Assembly: GCA_937874315.1 (NCBI GenBank)
Contig: CALNAE010000212.1
Span: forward strand, 1-62,362
Source: an uncultured Bifidobacterium sp.
GTDB taxonomy: Bacteria > Actinomycetota > Actinomycetes > Actinomycetales > Bifidobacteriaceae
Direction: 5' to 3'
Length of the DNA: 62,362 nucleotides
Shown: piece after piece, positions 9,943 through 19,702 of the stretch
Layout of the letters: every line of letters starts with the position of its first letter
How positions within the stretch are numbered: the first letter of the stretch is position 1
Notes under the pieces: generated by a model
Told to the model about the DNA's origin: nothing
The model's database searches: none
Seen by the model: the letters and a program-made list of their open reading frames with translations, nothing else
Program-made: the position numbers and the translations under genes

Positions 9943-10656
9943 TTATAACCTACCGACCGCCGCGTCGACCACTTCTTGGGAGCCGTCATGCGTAAGCCGC
10001 TCAACGGTGTCACGGGGGCAATTCGGATTGAGCGCGACCGCACGGCGAACCATGGAGGAAAGCACCGCGGGCGCATCGGGCTCGGACTGGACACCGAGTC
10101 GGCTGAGAAAGTCCAACGTCTCCCCGCCGACCTCGGGGTCCTGTGCTCCTTCCAACCGCATCTTCCATGAGGTGCGCGGGTTGCGCAATGCCGTGTCCCT
10201 CACTTCGCCGTCTGCGTCTTTGGTCAGTCGACCGACCAGCCAATTCTTATCATCCGTATTCGCAGCCACGGCCCGTCGCACCTGCGCGGCGGGATCCGAA
10301 GACAATTTGACCAGAATATTCGGGAACGGCATCGTCGTCGCCAAGAACACGCGGTCCTCCAACGGCGTGTGCTCGTTGCCCGCTACCGCCTCAAGCAACG
10401 AGGTCGACCGGGAAAAGGCGGCCTGATCGGAATGATCCGGAAGCGGAGCCCTGGCGTACCTGCTCAGCTCGGCGCTGTCCGTCGTGTGCCGAAGTCGTTC
10501 ATATGTTTCGGTCAGCGGCTCGAAATCGTCATTCGAGGGCGTGTCATGAGTCCGATCGCTCGAAATTTGCGTCCCGGAGCTGCCGGTCTGCGCGGTTTCG
10601 ATCGCATTCGATTCGGCTCCATTCGATTCTGTCGCATTCGATTCAGCTGTCTGCAT
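9943..10656 (-). CDS. Leucine-rich-repeat-variant (LRV/HEAT-like) repeat protein, function unknown
   Basis: Repeated helical units: VAGNEHTP, VRRAVAANTD, VRDTALRNPRTS, VRRAVALNPNCP. The N-terminus has three AESNA-like repeats. Confidence 0.7.
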   Translation of the reverse strand: MQTAESNATESNGAESNAIETAQTGSSGTQISSDRTHDTPSNDDFEPLTETYERLRHTTDSAELSRYARAPLPDHSDQAAFSRSTSLLEAVAGNEHTPLEDRVFLATTMPFPNILVKLSSDPAAQVRRAVAANTDDKNWLVGRLTKDADGEVRDTALRNPRTSWKMRLEGAQDPEVGGETLDFLSRLGVQSEPDAPAVLSSMVRRAVALNPNCPRDTVERLTHDGSQEVVDAAVGRL

Positions 10657-10702
10657 GTCAGTAAGCGTAGCTCGTGGCCGTCACGGAAAGTCGCGGTGCC
10701 AT

Positions 10703-11377
10703 TCAACCGTTGTCGGCATCTCGCACATGCCGCCGCGCGACGGGGCGTTGCACGCGTGCCAGACGCAGCGGTTTTACACCGGCGTTAAACACCTCGCGGA
10801 TACGCATCTCAAAAGAGACGGAGCCGGCCGTCGGGACCTCCATCAGCAACCGGACACGATCAGTGTATTCAGCCGAGATCTGCACCCCCGCGTGATCCTC
10901 GACCAACTTATTCATGGAACGCAGCTGGCTATACGCCACATCGCAGGCATACTGCTGGAATTCCACCAACTCGGCCATCTGAGCACGTTCAAGCGCGCGC
11001 GAAGCACAACCCGCATAGGCCCGGATCAAGCCGCCGGAGCCCAGAAGAATCCCCCCGAAATATCGGGTGACGCACACGACGCAATCGGTCAGCCCGGTGA
11101 CACGCAACGTATCCAGTATCGGCTTCCCGGCGGTGCCCGAGGGCTCGCCATCGTCGCTCATGCGTTCTGCAACAGGTTGCGCATAACCGCCCACCAGGGC
11201 CGCGAACGCCACGTGCCGGGCCTTGGGATGTCGGTTTTTGGTCGCCTTCACAAATCGCAATGCATCTGAAAGTGAAGCCACGTGACAGGCGTCCCCCAAG
11301 AATTCCGATTTTCGATCGGACAGCACGCCATGCGAGGGATGTTCAGGCGTATCCATCAGTGTTCTGAGCTGTTCCAT
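10703..11377 (-). CDS. YigZ/IMPACT family protein
   Basis: RKSEFLG, ARHVAFA, SDDGEPSGTAGKP and VTRYFGGILLGSGGLIRAY. Confidence 0.92.
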   Translation of the reverse strand: MEQLRTLMDTPEHPSHGVLSDRKSEFLGDACHVASLSDALRFVKATKNRHPKARHVAFAALVGGYAQPVAERMSDDGEPSGTAGKPILDTLRVTGLTDCVVCVTRYFGGILLGSGGLIRAYAGCASRALERAQMAELVEFQQYACDVAYSQLRSMNKLVEDHAGVQISAEYTDRVRLLMEVPTAGSVSFEMRIREVFNAGVKPLRLARVQRPVARRHVRDADNG

Positions 11378-11589
11378 CCCCGCGCCTTTCGACGATGACC
11401 ATGATACGCATACTCGCGACACGCCGATTTCGGCAATGCGTGGAACGCACCGCAACAAGCCCTGCACCAAGAAGATAAAATATCCGTGTAGGAGGCGGAT
11501 GGACAAGGGCGTACCTCCGACTCCCCCTCACAACCCTCTGCCCCACCTTGGATTTCCCCGGATCAGGGCACGCGACAACGCCGATACGT

Positions 11590-11622
11590 AAAAAGGGCTG
11601 TGGGATTGCGCCCACAGCCCTA
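11590..11622 (-). terminator. Intrinsic terminator of tRNA-Ser
   Basis: Stem agggctgtggg/cccacagccct followed by a T-run on the minus strand. Confidence 0.85.
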
Positions 11623-11627
11623 GTTTG

Positions 11628-11714
11628 CGGAGTCAGAGGGATTCGAACCCTCGAGCCGCGTAAGCGACTAACACCTTAGCAGGGTGCCCCTATCGGCCAC
11701 TCAGGCATGACTCC
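11628..11714 (-). tRNA. tRNA-Ser (GCT)
   Basis: GGAGTCA...GCACC-CT-GCT-AA-GGTGT, long variable arm, GGTTCGAATCC, TGACTCC-G. CCA is not encoded. Confidence 0.96.
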
Positions 11715-11803
11715 GGCGTTATCTCCAAAAGGAAGACAACAGCATCATACACTAGCAGTAATCACGGACGCGAACCGCCGATTCACGAATTATGATGGTT
11801 ATC

Positions 11804-13123
11804 ATGAGCAACACACCAAGGCTAGCGGCGGCGAATCGGGACTGGGGGCGCGATGAAACCGGCTGCACGGTGCTGCATATCGACATGGACGCCTTCTATG
11901 CCTCACTCGAGATAGCCCGACATCCCGAGTATTCCGGCAAACCGGTGATCATTGGAACCGGAACCCGATCCGTGGTCTCCGCGGCAAGCTATGAGGCTCG
12001 CCGATACGGCGTCAATTCGGCCATGGCGACGGCACGTGCCCGTCAGCTGTGCCCGGACGGCATCTATCTGCCCGTCGATATGATCTACTACCGCAGGATG
12101 TCCCGTCGCATCTTTCGCGAGGTGTTTGGACAGATCACCGACGCCGTGGAGCAGGTTTCGGTCGACGAGGGCTACATGGACGTCTCCGCGGCATTGATGC
12201 GCTGGAAGCGGCCGACTGCGATCGCCGCATGGATTCGCGAACAGGTGTATCACCGTTTCTCCATTACCTGTTCCGTGGGAATCGCCACGAATAAACTGGT
12301 GGCGAAAATGGCCTCGACCAACGCGAAACCCGACGGCATGCTGCTGATTCCGCGAACCAGCCAAGCGCCGTTCGTCCAGATGATGCCGTTGCGTGCCATA
12401 CCGGGCATCGGCCCCGCCATGGCACGCCGTCTTGGCGATTGGGGCGTGACGACCGTGAAGGACCTTGCCGTCATGAACCAGGGCGCATTGGAACAGGCCG
12501 CAGGCTCACGTGCCGCCGCCCACACGCTGTTCCTCGCGGCGCGCGGGATCGACGATCGCAAGGTCACTCCACGCGCCCCGGAGAAATCCATCGGATCGGA
12601 GCGGACCTTTGCCGCCGATACCCGTGACGTCTCACAAGTCAGCGCTTTGCTGCACCGATGCTGTGATGACGTCGCGAGTTCCCTGCGCTCCAAACGACTG
12701 CTGGCACGCACACTCACCGTCAAGCTTCGGTTTGCGGACCTGCACTATGCGACCCGGGCGCATACCATGGCGAGCCCGGTGGATACGACCAGCGCACTCT
12801 ATCCCGAGGCCCTCGCCCTATTGTGGCCCTTGTCGGGAGTGACGACATCTCATGACTCGGCCGGCACCGAGGCGGACGGCGACGAGCCCATGGCTCTGGC
12901 ACCCACGCTGCTACCCAGACAGATCCGGTTGGCCGGGATCAGCGTCAGTGGGCTGAGCACGGCGACGGACACGCCCGTACAGCCCTCGCTCGAGGACCTG
13001 ATGGAAGAGGCACGCTCGGCGGCGGGAACGACCAAATCGGCCAGGCTACGCGGCGCCGAACAGGCCCTGGACGCCGTCCGACGCCGGTATGGCGCTCAAG
13101 CCGCCGGATTCGGCACGGTATAG
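11804..13123 (+). CDS. dinB: DNA polymerase IV (Y family)
   Basis: HIDMDAFYAS, AASYEARRYGV.SAM, SVDEGYMD, KMAS..AKPDG and KSIGSERTF. ATG 11804 lies 7 nt after TATGAT. Confidence 0.95.
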   Translation: MSNTPRLAAANRDWGRDETGCTVLHIDMDAFYASLEIARHPEYSGKPVIIGTGTRSVVSAASYEARRYGVNSAMATARARQLCPDGIYLPVDMIYYRRMSRRIFREVFGQITDAVEQVSVDEGYMDVSAALMRWKRPTAIAAWIREQVYHRFSITCSVGIATNKLVAKMASTNAKPDGMLLIPRTSQAPFVQMMPLRAIPGIGPAMARRLGDWGVTTVKDLAVMNQGALEQAAGSRAAAHTLFLAARGIDDRKVTPRAPEKSIGSERTFAADTRDVSQVSALLHRCCDDVASSLRSKRLLARTLTVKLRFADLHYATRAHTMASPVDTTSALYPEALALLWPLSGVTTSHDSAGTEADGDEPMALAPTLLPRQIRLAGISVSGLSTATDTPVQPSLEDLMEEARSAAGTTKSARLRGAEQALDAVRRRYGAQAAGFGTV

Positions 13124-13172
13124 CACATCACAGCCGTCTTTTCGCGGTCACGCCGACGACGCGCCGCGCGAC

Positions 13173-13210
13173 GCAGAATCCGGATCGACAGCAGAATCCG
13201 GATCGACAGC
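13173..13210. repeat. 18-bp tandem direct repeat, 2 copies
   Basis: gcagaatccggatcgaca x2 between the convergent dinB and dapC genes. Confidence 0.9.
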
Positions 13211-13236
13211 CGCGATTCTGCAGACCTCTCATATTC

Positions 13237-14361
13237 TCACCGGATTTTGGTCAGCCGGCGAACGGCCTCATCGACCGTCGTATCAGTCGCGGTGATCGAA
13301 AATCTCAGGTGATCGGACGCTCCATAGAACTCCCCCGGACTGGCCACAATTCCAAGCCGGGCAAGATCGTCAAGATCCTGCCAGCAGCCGCCCGACAGCG
13401 CCTCGACCCAGATGTAGAGCGCGCCCTGCGGCATATGCGCCGCGTATCCGTAATCGCCCAATGCCCTCACCAGCTTCGCCAACCGCAGTTGGTATCGCTC
13501 GCGCTGTTCATTGACCGCCGTGCCGTCTCGCAGAGCCGCCACCATGGCGGCCTGCACCGGGCCCGGGATAATCTGGCCGATCTGCTTGCGCACCGCGGTC
13601 ATCTGCGTGATCAGCCGTTCGTCTCCCGCGACGAACGCGGCCCGATACCCGGCCATATTCGACTGCTTGCTCAACGAGTACAACACGAGGATGCCCTCAG
13701 CCGAGCCGGCGCACACCCCAGCGCTCAGCGCGCACGGGGCAGCCGGATCCCCCCAGTCGAGCAGGGCATAGCATTCGTCGCTCAGCACCACGGCGCCGAT
13801 GTCACGGGCCGCGGCGATGATGCTGGTCAACTGCGCCGTGGACAGCACCTCGCCAGTCGGATTGCACGGTGAGTTCACCCAAATCGCCCGTACGCCCGGA
13901 ACATGACGCCACGACTCGACATCGGACACATCGTCGACCTTCAGCACCGTCGCGCCGGCGAGTTCGGTGCCGATCTCGTATGTCGGATAAGACACCCGCG
14001 GCTGCACCACGACATCACCGGCGCCGCAATGCAACAGGCAGGCCATCAGGGCCACGCCCTCTTTGGACCCGACCGTCGGCAGCATGCCCGCGTGCAACGG
14101 TCTCAGGTCCACGCCACGGCAACCCAGGAACCAGTCGGCGATGGCGGTGCGCAACGCCGCCGTACCCTGGGTGATCGGATAGCCGGACGCGTTCGAGTCG
14201 TCTGCCGCCGCGGCCAATGCCTGCCGCACGCTCTGCGGCACGTGGTCGACCGGCGAACCGACGGAAAAATCCAACACCGATACGCCACTGTCCTGCGCTA
14301 TGCGCCGATATCGGTCAAGTCGCCCCCAGTCATACGGGGTCTGGAAGGTATGAAAGCCCAT
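13237..14361 (-). CDS. dapC: N-succinyldiaminopimelate aminotransferase (PLP class I/II)
   Basis: DFSVGSPVD, GSKE, NSPCNPTG, SDECY and SLSKQSNMAGYR. It follows a ferredoxin, as in the actinobacterial fdxA-dapC pair. Confidence 0.88.
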   Translation of the reverse strand: MGFHTFQTPYDWGRLDRYRRIAQDSGVSVLDFSVGSPVDHVPQSVRQALAAAADDSNASGYPITQGTAALRTAIADWFLGCRGVDLRPLHAGMLPTVGSKEGVALMACLLHCGAGDVVVQPRVSYPTYEIGTELAGATVLKVDDVSDVESWRHVPGVRAIWVNSPCNPTGEVLSTAQLTSIIAAARDIGAVVLSDECYALLDWGDPAAPCALSAGVCAGSAEGILVLYSLSKQSNMAGYRAAFVAGDERLITQMTAVRKQIGQIIPGPVQAAMVAALRDGTAVNEQRERYQLRLAKLVRALGDYGYAAHMPQGALYIWVEALSGGCWQDLDDLARLGIVASPGEFYGASDHLRFSITATDTTVDEAVRRLTKIR

Positions 14362-14371
14362 AAGGTATCGT

Positions 14372-14695
14372 TCAGTCCTGATTCTGGACCGGCAATGCCG
14401 CGACCCGCTTGGGGTCCTTGCCCAGCGGACCCGCCGCGGCGGCGCCGCCCAGATCCCCCACCTCGTCGAAGTAGCTCACCGCCGCATCCTTATACCACGC
14501 CCATTCCTCCGGCACGTCATCCTCATAGAAGATGGCTTCCACGGGGCACACCGGCTCGCACGCGCCGCAGTCCACGCACTCATTCGGATTGATATACAGC
14601 GAACGAACGCCCTCGTAGATGCAATCCACCGGGCACTCATCAACGCATGCCTTGTCTTTGACATCGACGCAGGGTTGGGCAATAACGTATGCCAT
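14372..14695 (-). CDS. fdxA: 7Fe-type ferredoxin
   Basis: YVIAQPCVDVKDKACVDECPVDCIY...ECVDCGACEPVCPVEAI. Confidence 0.93.
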   Translation of the reverse strand: MAYVIAQPCVDVKDKACVDECPVDCIYEGVRSLYINPNECVDCGACEPVCPVEAIFYEDDVPEEWAWYKDAAVSYFDEVGDLGGAAAAGPLGKDPKRVAALPVQNQD

Positions 14696-14752
14696 GAAGA
14701 CCTCCTCATACGAAACGTCTTATCAGACTACGCGCGATCCCGGACCCCGAGT

Positions 14753-16003
14753 TCAATGAAGCGGCAGCCCCACGACCACCGGTTCGGGTGTCAGGCAGAC
14801 GCCGAACGCACGGTGTACGCCCCGCTGGACCGCCTGTGCCAGTTCGACGACGTCATGCGCGCGGGCACCCCCCAGATTGGTCAACGCCAACGTATGCCGC
14901 GAGGACAACGCCGCCTTTGCCCCCGGACGCACGACGAACCCCCTATGAAACCCGGCATGGTCGATCAGCCACGCAGCGGAAGTCTTGATCGTCTTGTCTC
15001 CCGTATCGGAACCCGCGTCGAAACGCGGCGCGTCCTCGGGCAGAGCGCGGGCCGCTTGCGGAGTCAGCATGGGATTCATGAAGAAACTGCCGCAGCTATG
15101 CCGATCAGTGACCGGTCCAGCTCCGACATCGCTCTGCTCGGATTGAGCACGCAACGCCTCGCGCAACCCCCGCTCGTCGACGCAACCACGCATGAACGGC
15201 CGCTCATAGCGATGGGCGTCCTCAAGCATGCCTTTAGCCGCGCGCACGGCCAGAACCGCACTGCGTATATCTCCGACGGGCATCCGGTCGCCGACCTGTG
15301 CATGCAGAGCCCGCGCAAGCTGGTCATACCCCAACACCCCCTCGCCGCCGCGGTGCAGGCGGAATGTCACGGATATCACCACATACCGCGGCGTGGGAGA
15401 AAACCGCGACGCGCCCGGCTGCTCCACGTCGGGCACATCCGTTTGCAACATGCTCCGCTTCAGCGCCGACATCCGGTAGCCGAATCCCATTTCCCGCGTT
15501 CCAAGCGTGCCGACGCAGGCGCCGGCACGATCCCACACCTCAACCGAGTCGACGCTGGCGGATACTTCTTGACCATAGGCGCCGATGTTCTGCACCACGC
15601 TGGCGCCCACCGTGCCGGGAATCCCGGAAAGGCCCTCAACGCCTTGGCAGCCGGCGGATATGGACGCCCGCACGAAATCATCCCAATGGCATCCCGCCTG
15701 CGCGCGTATCAGCACATCACCCGGCGCTTCGTCGTGCGCTGGCATGCCGACGGCTGCGGTGCCGGTATCAGCGTCAAGCAGCGTGATATCCCGACGAGCA
15801 TCGCGGATGACGACCCCGTCGAACGCGTCATCGCCGACGAGCATATTGGATCCGCCGCCGATCACGCACAGCCGCCGTCCGGCCTCATCCGTCGAACGGA
15901 CGGCGTCGAGCAGCTCCGCGCGGGTATGCGGCTCGATGAAAGAACGAATGGCGCCGCCGACCCCTATGGTGGTCAGATCGGAAAAACTCGGATTAGTGCT
16001 CAT
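14753..16003 (-). CDS. murB: UDP-N-acetylenolpyruvoylglucosamine reductase
   Basis: TTIGVGG, IGGGSNML, GIPGTVGASVVQNIGAYG, FGYRMS, SCGSFFMNP, HTLALTN and PEP. Start ATG 16003 lies 7 nt after TATCAT. Confidence 0.95.
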   Translation of the reverse strand: MSTNPSFSDLTTIGVGGAIRSFIEPHTRAELLDAVRSTDEAGRRLCVIGGGSNMLVGDDAFDGVVIRDARRDITLLDADTGTAAVGMPAHDEAPGDVLIRAQAGCHWDDFVRASISAGCQGVEGLSGIPGTVGASVVQNIGAYGQEVSASVDSVEVWDRAGACVGTLGTREMGFGYRMSALKRSMLQTDVPDVEQPGASRFSPTPRYVVISVTFRLHRGGEGVLGYDQLARALHAQVGDRMPVGDIRSAVLAVRAAKGMLEDAHRYERPFMRGCVDERGLREALRAQSEQSDVGAGPVTDRHSCGSFFMNPMLTPQAARALPEDAPRFDAGSDTGDKTIKTSAAWLIDHAGFHRGFVVRPGAKAALSSRHTLALTNLGGARAHDVVELAQAVQRGVHRAFGVCLTPEPVVVGLPLH

Positions 16004-16021
16004 ACCCGTCATGATATGAAA

Positions 16022-16045
16022 GAAGCCTGACCGCGGCCAGGCTTC
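16022..16045 (-). terminator. Terminator-like hairpin after rpmG
   Basis: gaagcctg-accgcggc-caggcttc, followed by a short T-run on the minus strand. Confidence 0.6.
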
Positions 16046-16064
16046 AATCCATCGCTATTACGCA

Positions 16065-16235
16065 TCAACGAGTTTCACGGTGCAGCGTGTGCTTGCCGCA
16101 ACGCGGGCAGAACTTTTCAAGCTCAAGACGATCGGGCGTGTTGCGCCGGTTCTTCGTCGTGATGTAGTTACGCTCCTTGCATACCGTGCATGCCAGCGTG
16201 ATCCCCGGACGGATGTCGGCGCTCTTGCTTGCCAT
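16065..16235 (-). CDS. rpmG: 50S ribosomal protein L33 (zinc-binding C+ form)
   Basis: [32 protein letters not shown]...[16 protein letters not shown], with a GAGGTG SD. Confidence 0.97.
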   Translation of the reverse strand: MASKSADIRPGITLACTVCKERNYITTKNRRNTPDRLELEKFCPRCGKHTLHRETR

Positions 16236-16280
16236 ATCGTTCACCTCTGTATTCGTTTGGTACCGGTCTCCCGGTCTTTG

Positions 16281-16354
16281 TAGCGAGGAAGAGACTCGAA
16301 CTCTTGACCTTACGATTATGAGTCGCACGCTCTAGCCAGCTGAGCTACCCCGCC
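16281..16354 (-). tRNA. tRNA-Met (CAT), elongator type
   Basis: GGCGGGGTAGCTCAGCTGGCTAGAGCG-TGCGA-CT-CAT-AA-TCGTA...GTTCGAGTC. It lacks the initiator GGG/CCC anticodon stem. Confidence 0.93.
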
Positions 16355-16358
16355 AGAG

Positions 16359-16430
<72 letters not shown>

Positions 16431-16431
16431 G

Positions 16432-16513
16432 TGCCGGATAGTGGATTCGAACCACTGAAGTCGTAGACGGCTGATTTACAGTCAGCTCCCTTTGACCGCT
16501 TGGGAAATCCGGC
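16432..16513 (-). tRNA. tRNA-Tyr (GTA)
   Basis: GCCGGAT...GCTGA-CT-GTA-AA-TCAGC, long variable arm, GGTTCGAATCC. Confidence 0.95.
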
Positions 16514-16749
16514 ATGCGTCATTCACGACCGAGGTCGTAAATTGGCAACTTGGTTATAATGGCACGACTTCGCGACATCCGCAAGTCAGGGACACGCCGT
16601 GTGGTAGACAATCCACGCGCATGACGGTCAAAACCTTGATATCCCAAGGCATGTCGGCATGGACCCGCGACGGATACGGCGCGCCTTCGCGCGATTCTTC
16701 CGAACGGACGATCCCAGACGGACGACCTCAGACGGATGTTCGACGAACC

Positions 16750-17829
16750 TCAGAGTCCCATGGCTTTCAGTTTTCCGCAGACCTCGATCACCCGATCGTT
16801 GGCTTCGGGCTCGCCGACGGTGATGCGGATGCCCTCCCCGTCGAATACACGCACGGAAAGGCCGGCCTCGACGAACTCCTTGGCGGCCACATCGGTACGT
16901 TCCCCCAGGGCGAGCCAGAAGAAGTTGCCATATGGTTCGCTGATCGTCCAGCCCTGTGCACGCAACGTCTCAACGATATGCGAACGCCGCTCGATGATCG
17001 ACAGCACCCGCTCATGAAGCTCATCGTCGACGTCCAAGGACGCCAACGCCGCCTTCTGCGCGACATCGGTGACCCCAAAGGGCAGGGACACCTTGCGCAT
17101 GCCCTCGATGACGTCCGCCGCGCCGAGCGCGAAGCCGATACGCAGCCCGGCGAGGCCATATGCCTTGGAAAAGGTGTGCGCGATGACGATATTCGGATAT
17201 TCGCGGAACAGATCCATCGCCACGCTGGTGGACGGATCGGTGTTGAACTGGAAATACGCCTCGTCGAACAACACCAGCACGTTCGAAGGCACGGCTCGCA
17301 TGACACGCCGCGCATCCTGAGCGGACAACGACGTCGATGTCGGATTGTTCGGGTTGTTGAGGATCACCAGTCGTGTGCGGTCGTTGAGCGCGGCGATGAT
17401 TCCATCGACGTCATGCGATCCGTCGGGCAAATTCGCCACTTGAACGCTGGTCGCCCCGGCCCCCGCGACGATGATCGGATATGCCTCAAAACTACGCCAC
17501 GGGTAGACGACCTCGTCCCCCGGTCCGGACACCAACGAAATAAGCTGGGTGATGATCTCCGTCGACCCGCAGCCGACCGTCACCTGCTCAGGAGCCACCC
17601 CGTAGCGAGCGGACAGCCGCTCGACGACATCCCAGCCCCGCATATCCGGATAACGGTTGATATGTCCCAGCGTCTGTTCTTCGATGGCCCGCCGCACGCT
17701 CGGCAGCGGATCAAACGGATTCTCATTGCTTGAGATCTTATAACTGCGCGCCCCGGCGGAAATCGGCGCCGGCTTGCCCTGTCGGTAGGCGGGAATGGTA
17801 TCGATTATCGGACGATGTAAGTAAGTCAT
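16750..17829 (-). CDS. Histidinol-phosphate/aromatic amino acid aminotransferase (HisC/Pat family)
   Basis: KISSNENP, NRYPD, NNPNNPT, DEAY and HTFSKAYGLAGLRIG. It lies outside a his operon and carries WRSFEAYP, which is more Pat-like. Confidence 0.85.
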   Translation of the reverse strand: MTYLHRPIIDTIPAYRQGKPAPISAGARSYKISSNENPFDPLPSVRRAIEEQTLGHINRYPDMRGWDVVERLSARYGVAPEQVTVGCGSTEIITQLISLVSGPGDEVVYPWRSFEAYPIIVAGAGATSVQVANLPDGSHDVDGIIAALNDRTRLVILNNPNNPTSTSLSAQDARRVMRAVPSNVLVLFDEAYFQFNTDPSTSVAMDLFREYPNIVIAHTFSKAYGLAGLRIGFALGAADVIEGMRKVSLPFGVTDVAQKAALASLDVDDELHERVLSIIERRSHIVETLRAQGWTISEPYGNFFWLALGERTDVAAKEFVEAGLSVRVFDGEGIRITVGEPEANDRVIEVCGKLKAMGL

Positions 17830-17890
17830 ATTCTCATCCTAATCCTGCCCTCCATAGACACGCGCACAGTTCACGTCTCTCGACCTCAGA

Positions 17891-17941
17891 CGCGCAGGGG
17901 CGCCACCCGAACATATGCATATCGAGTGGCGCCCCTGCGCG
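17891..17941 (-). terminator. Hairpin after groES
   Basis: 16-bp perfect inverted repeat cgcgcaggggcgccac/gtggcgcccctgcgcg. Confidence 0.75.
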
Positions 17942-17954
17942 ACGAAATCCGCTA

Positions 17955-18248
17955 TCAGTTCAAGATGGCAAGCACGTCGTGTGCGGACACGATGAGGTAA
18001 TCCTCACCCTTGTAATGCACCTCGGTGCCGCCGTACTTGGAATACAGCACCTTGTCGCCAACCTTGACGTCCATGGGGATGCGCTTCCCGTCATCATCAC
18101 GACGGCCAGGACCGATGGCAAGGACTTCGCCCTGCTGCGGCTTCTCCTTGGCATTATCCGGGATAAACAGGCCTGAAGCGGTCTGTGTCTCGGCCTCAGC
18201 CTGCTTGACAATGATCTTGTCTTCCAACGGTGTGAGTGAGATCGACAC
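17955..18248 (-). CDS. groES: Co-chaperonin GroES
   Basis: [44 protein letters not shown] start with an AGGAGG SD. Confidence 0.97.
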   Translation of the reverse strand: MSISLTPLEDKIIVKQAEAETQTASGLFIPDNAKEKPQQGEVLAIGPGRRDDDGKRIPMDVKVGDKVLYSKYGGTEVHYKGEDYLIVSAHDVLAILN

Positions 18249-18370
18249 TGTGGACCTCCTCTTTCTAAATAAGAGAAATCGATAATTACCGCGCCGGGAC
18301 ACCGCGATCAGAGGCTGACGATCACTGAACACACCATCCTATTGCGCTATCGACTCATCGTAGCGCGAAG

Positions 18371-18397
18371 TTAGCACTCTGCCAACTCGAGTGCTAA
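18371..18397. promoter_or_regulatory. CIRCE element (HrcA operator)
   Basis: TTAGCACTC-tgccaactc-GAGTGCTAA, an exact consensus with a 9-nt spacer, upstream of groES. Confidence 0.95.
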
Positions 18398-18454
18398 CGC
18401 TTTGAGTGAACATTGGCCACGCACAGCACATCGAGACCGTTGCCGCGCGCATTC

Positions 18455-19657
18455 TCATGAGGCACGGCGCGCCAGAACCGCCTGTAGATCGGCCCCCAAC
18501 GAATCGGATGTCGGGTCTGGAGCATCGACATCGCAATCCCGATGCGGATGGCTGTCGGATGCATCGGTATCGGTAGACGCGGAGATCTCCGGTTGCTCGG
18601 CCCGGTTCCCGCCGTCGCCTTCGCCGTGATCCACGTCGTCGCGTTTCGACACCCAAGATTTAGATGGCACCAGCGGCACAGGATGCGCCTGCGCTACCTG
18701 TTTCGTCGACTTGATCTCCAAGCTTTCAGGCCCCGTCGCGCTCCCGTCGGCCGTCGATTGAGTCGCCGATGCATCGAGCGAGAAGGAGATCAGATCCTGC
18801 TGAGCCGCCATATCAAAGGCCTCTAGGGCATGAGACGCATGAACCGTACTCAGCTCATCGGTGGCATCGGCCGGCTCCTCCCGTCGGTCTGCAACCGGCG
18901 TCGCAACCGCCAGTTCGGCCGGCTCCTCCGCGGGATTCGCGCGTTGGGGCCGCTCGTCCTCAGGCTGCCCATGACCGCCGTCGTCCCGCACGCCCCGGCG
19001 TTGGGCCAAGACCCGATCCCGTTCATCGCGAGACCGTTTGAGCGCGCGCCTAATCTCCCGCTGCTCCATGATGCCGGTCGGCGCCTCGCCGTCTTCGCGA
19101 GGCTCGTGATTCGCCGCATCCACACGACCTCGGGTCGAGGTCTGTGCGGTCGCAGACGCGTGCGGCGCGCGGCCGGCGTCCGAACGCCGTGCGACCTTCC
19201 GCTCCCATCGCACGGCCTGTCTCGAAGCTCGAATGCCCAGCCCCAGCACCGCGAGCAACACGGCCGCCGGGATACAGGCATACCACGCGGAGAACCGCCA
19301 GATCACCGCCGCAGCAAGAGTGAGCAGGGTAATGACCAAGAGCGAAAGCACCAGAATACGACGCCGGCGCGCGGCGGCACGGCGCAAGCCGCGAATCTGC
19401 GCGACATGCTGTCTGTTCTTTGCCGAATCCTGTGATGGCGTGCGTTGCATGACGACCCCTTTCATGGCGAGATCATGGGTATCGGAGAATTGGGTACCGC
19501 TGGTTTCATCAACGAGATGCAACGATGATGAAAACTTGTCCTCCCGGTGTTCGATGACCCGTTTCATGCTATCGACCGTCCGTTTCGGCAGCCAACCGAT
19601 CATCACGATAACGAGTATGACAACAATGACTATGCTGCTCAGTGACTCGTAACCCAT
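18455..19657 (-). CDS. Membrane protein with a long disordered acidic tail; GlpR/SepX (Rv0996)-like by topology and synteny
   Basis: N-terminal TM helix, basic RRAAARRRR followed by two TM helices, then a low-complexity C-terminus. It lies directly downstream of a rimJ-like gene. Confidence 0.6.
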   Translation of the reverse strand: MGYESLSSIVIVVILVIVMIGWLPKRTVDSMKRVIEHREDKFSSSLHLVDETSGTQFSDTHDLAMKGVVMQRTPSQDSAKNRQHVAQIRGLRRAAARRRRILVLSLLVITLLTLAAAVIWRFSAWYACIPAAVLLAVLGLGIRASRQAVRWERKVARRSDAGRAPHASATAQTSTRGRVDAANHEPREDGEAPTGIMEQREIRRALKRSRDERDRVLAQRRGVRDDGGHGQPEDERPQRANPAEEPAELAVATPVADRREEPADATDELSTVHASHALEAFDMAAQQDLISFSLDASATQSTADGSATGPESLEIKSTKQVAQAHPVPLVPSKSWVSKRDDVDHGEGDGGNRAEQPEISASTDTDASDSHPHRDCDVDAPDPTSDSLGADLQAVLARRAS

Positions 19658-19702
19658 AGTCATCAAGAATAGAAGACCATTTGACGTTTCGCGCGATTGT
19701 GC

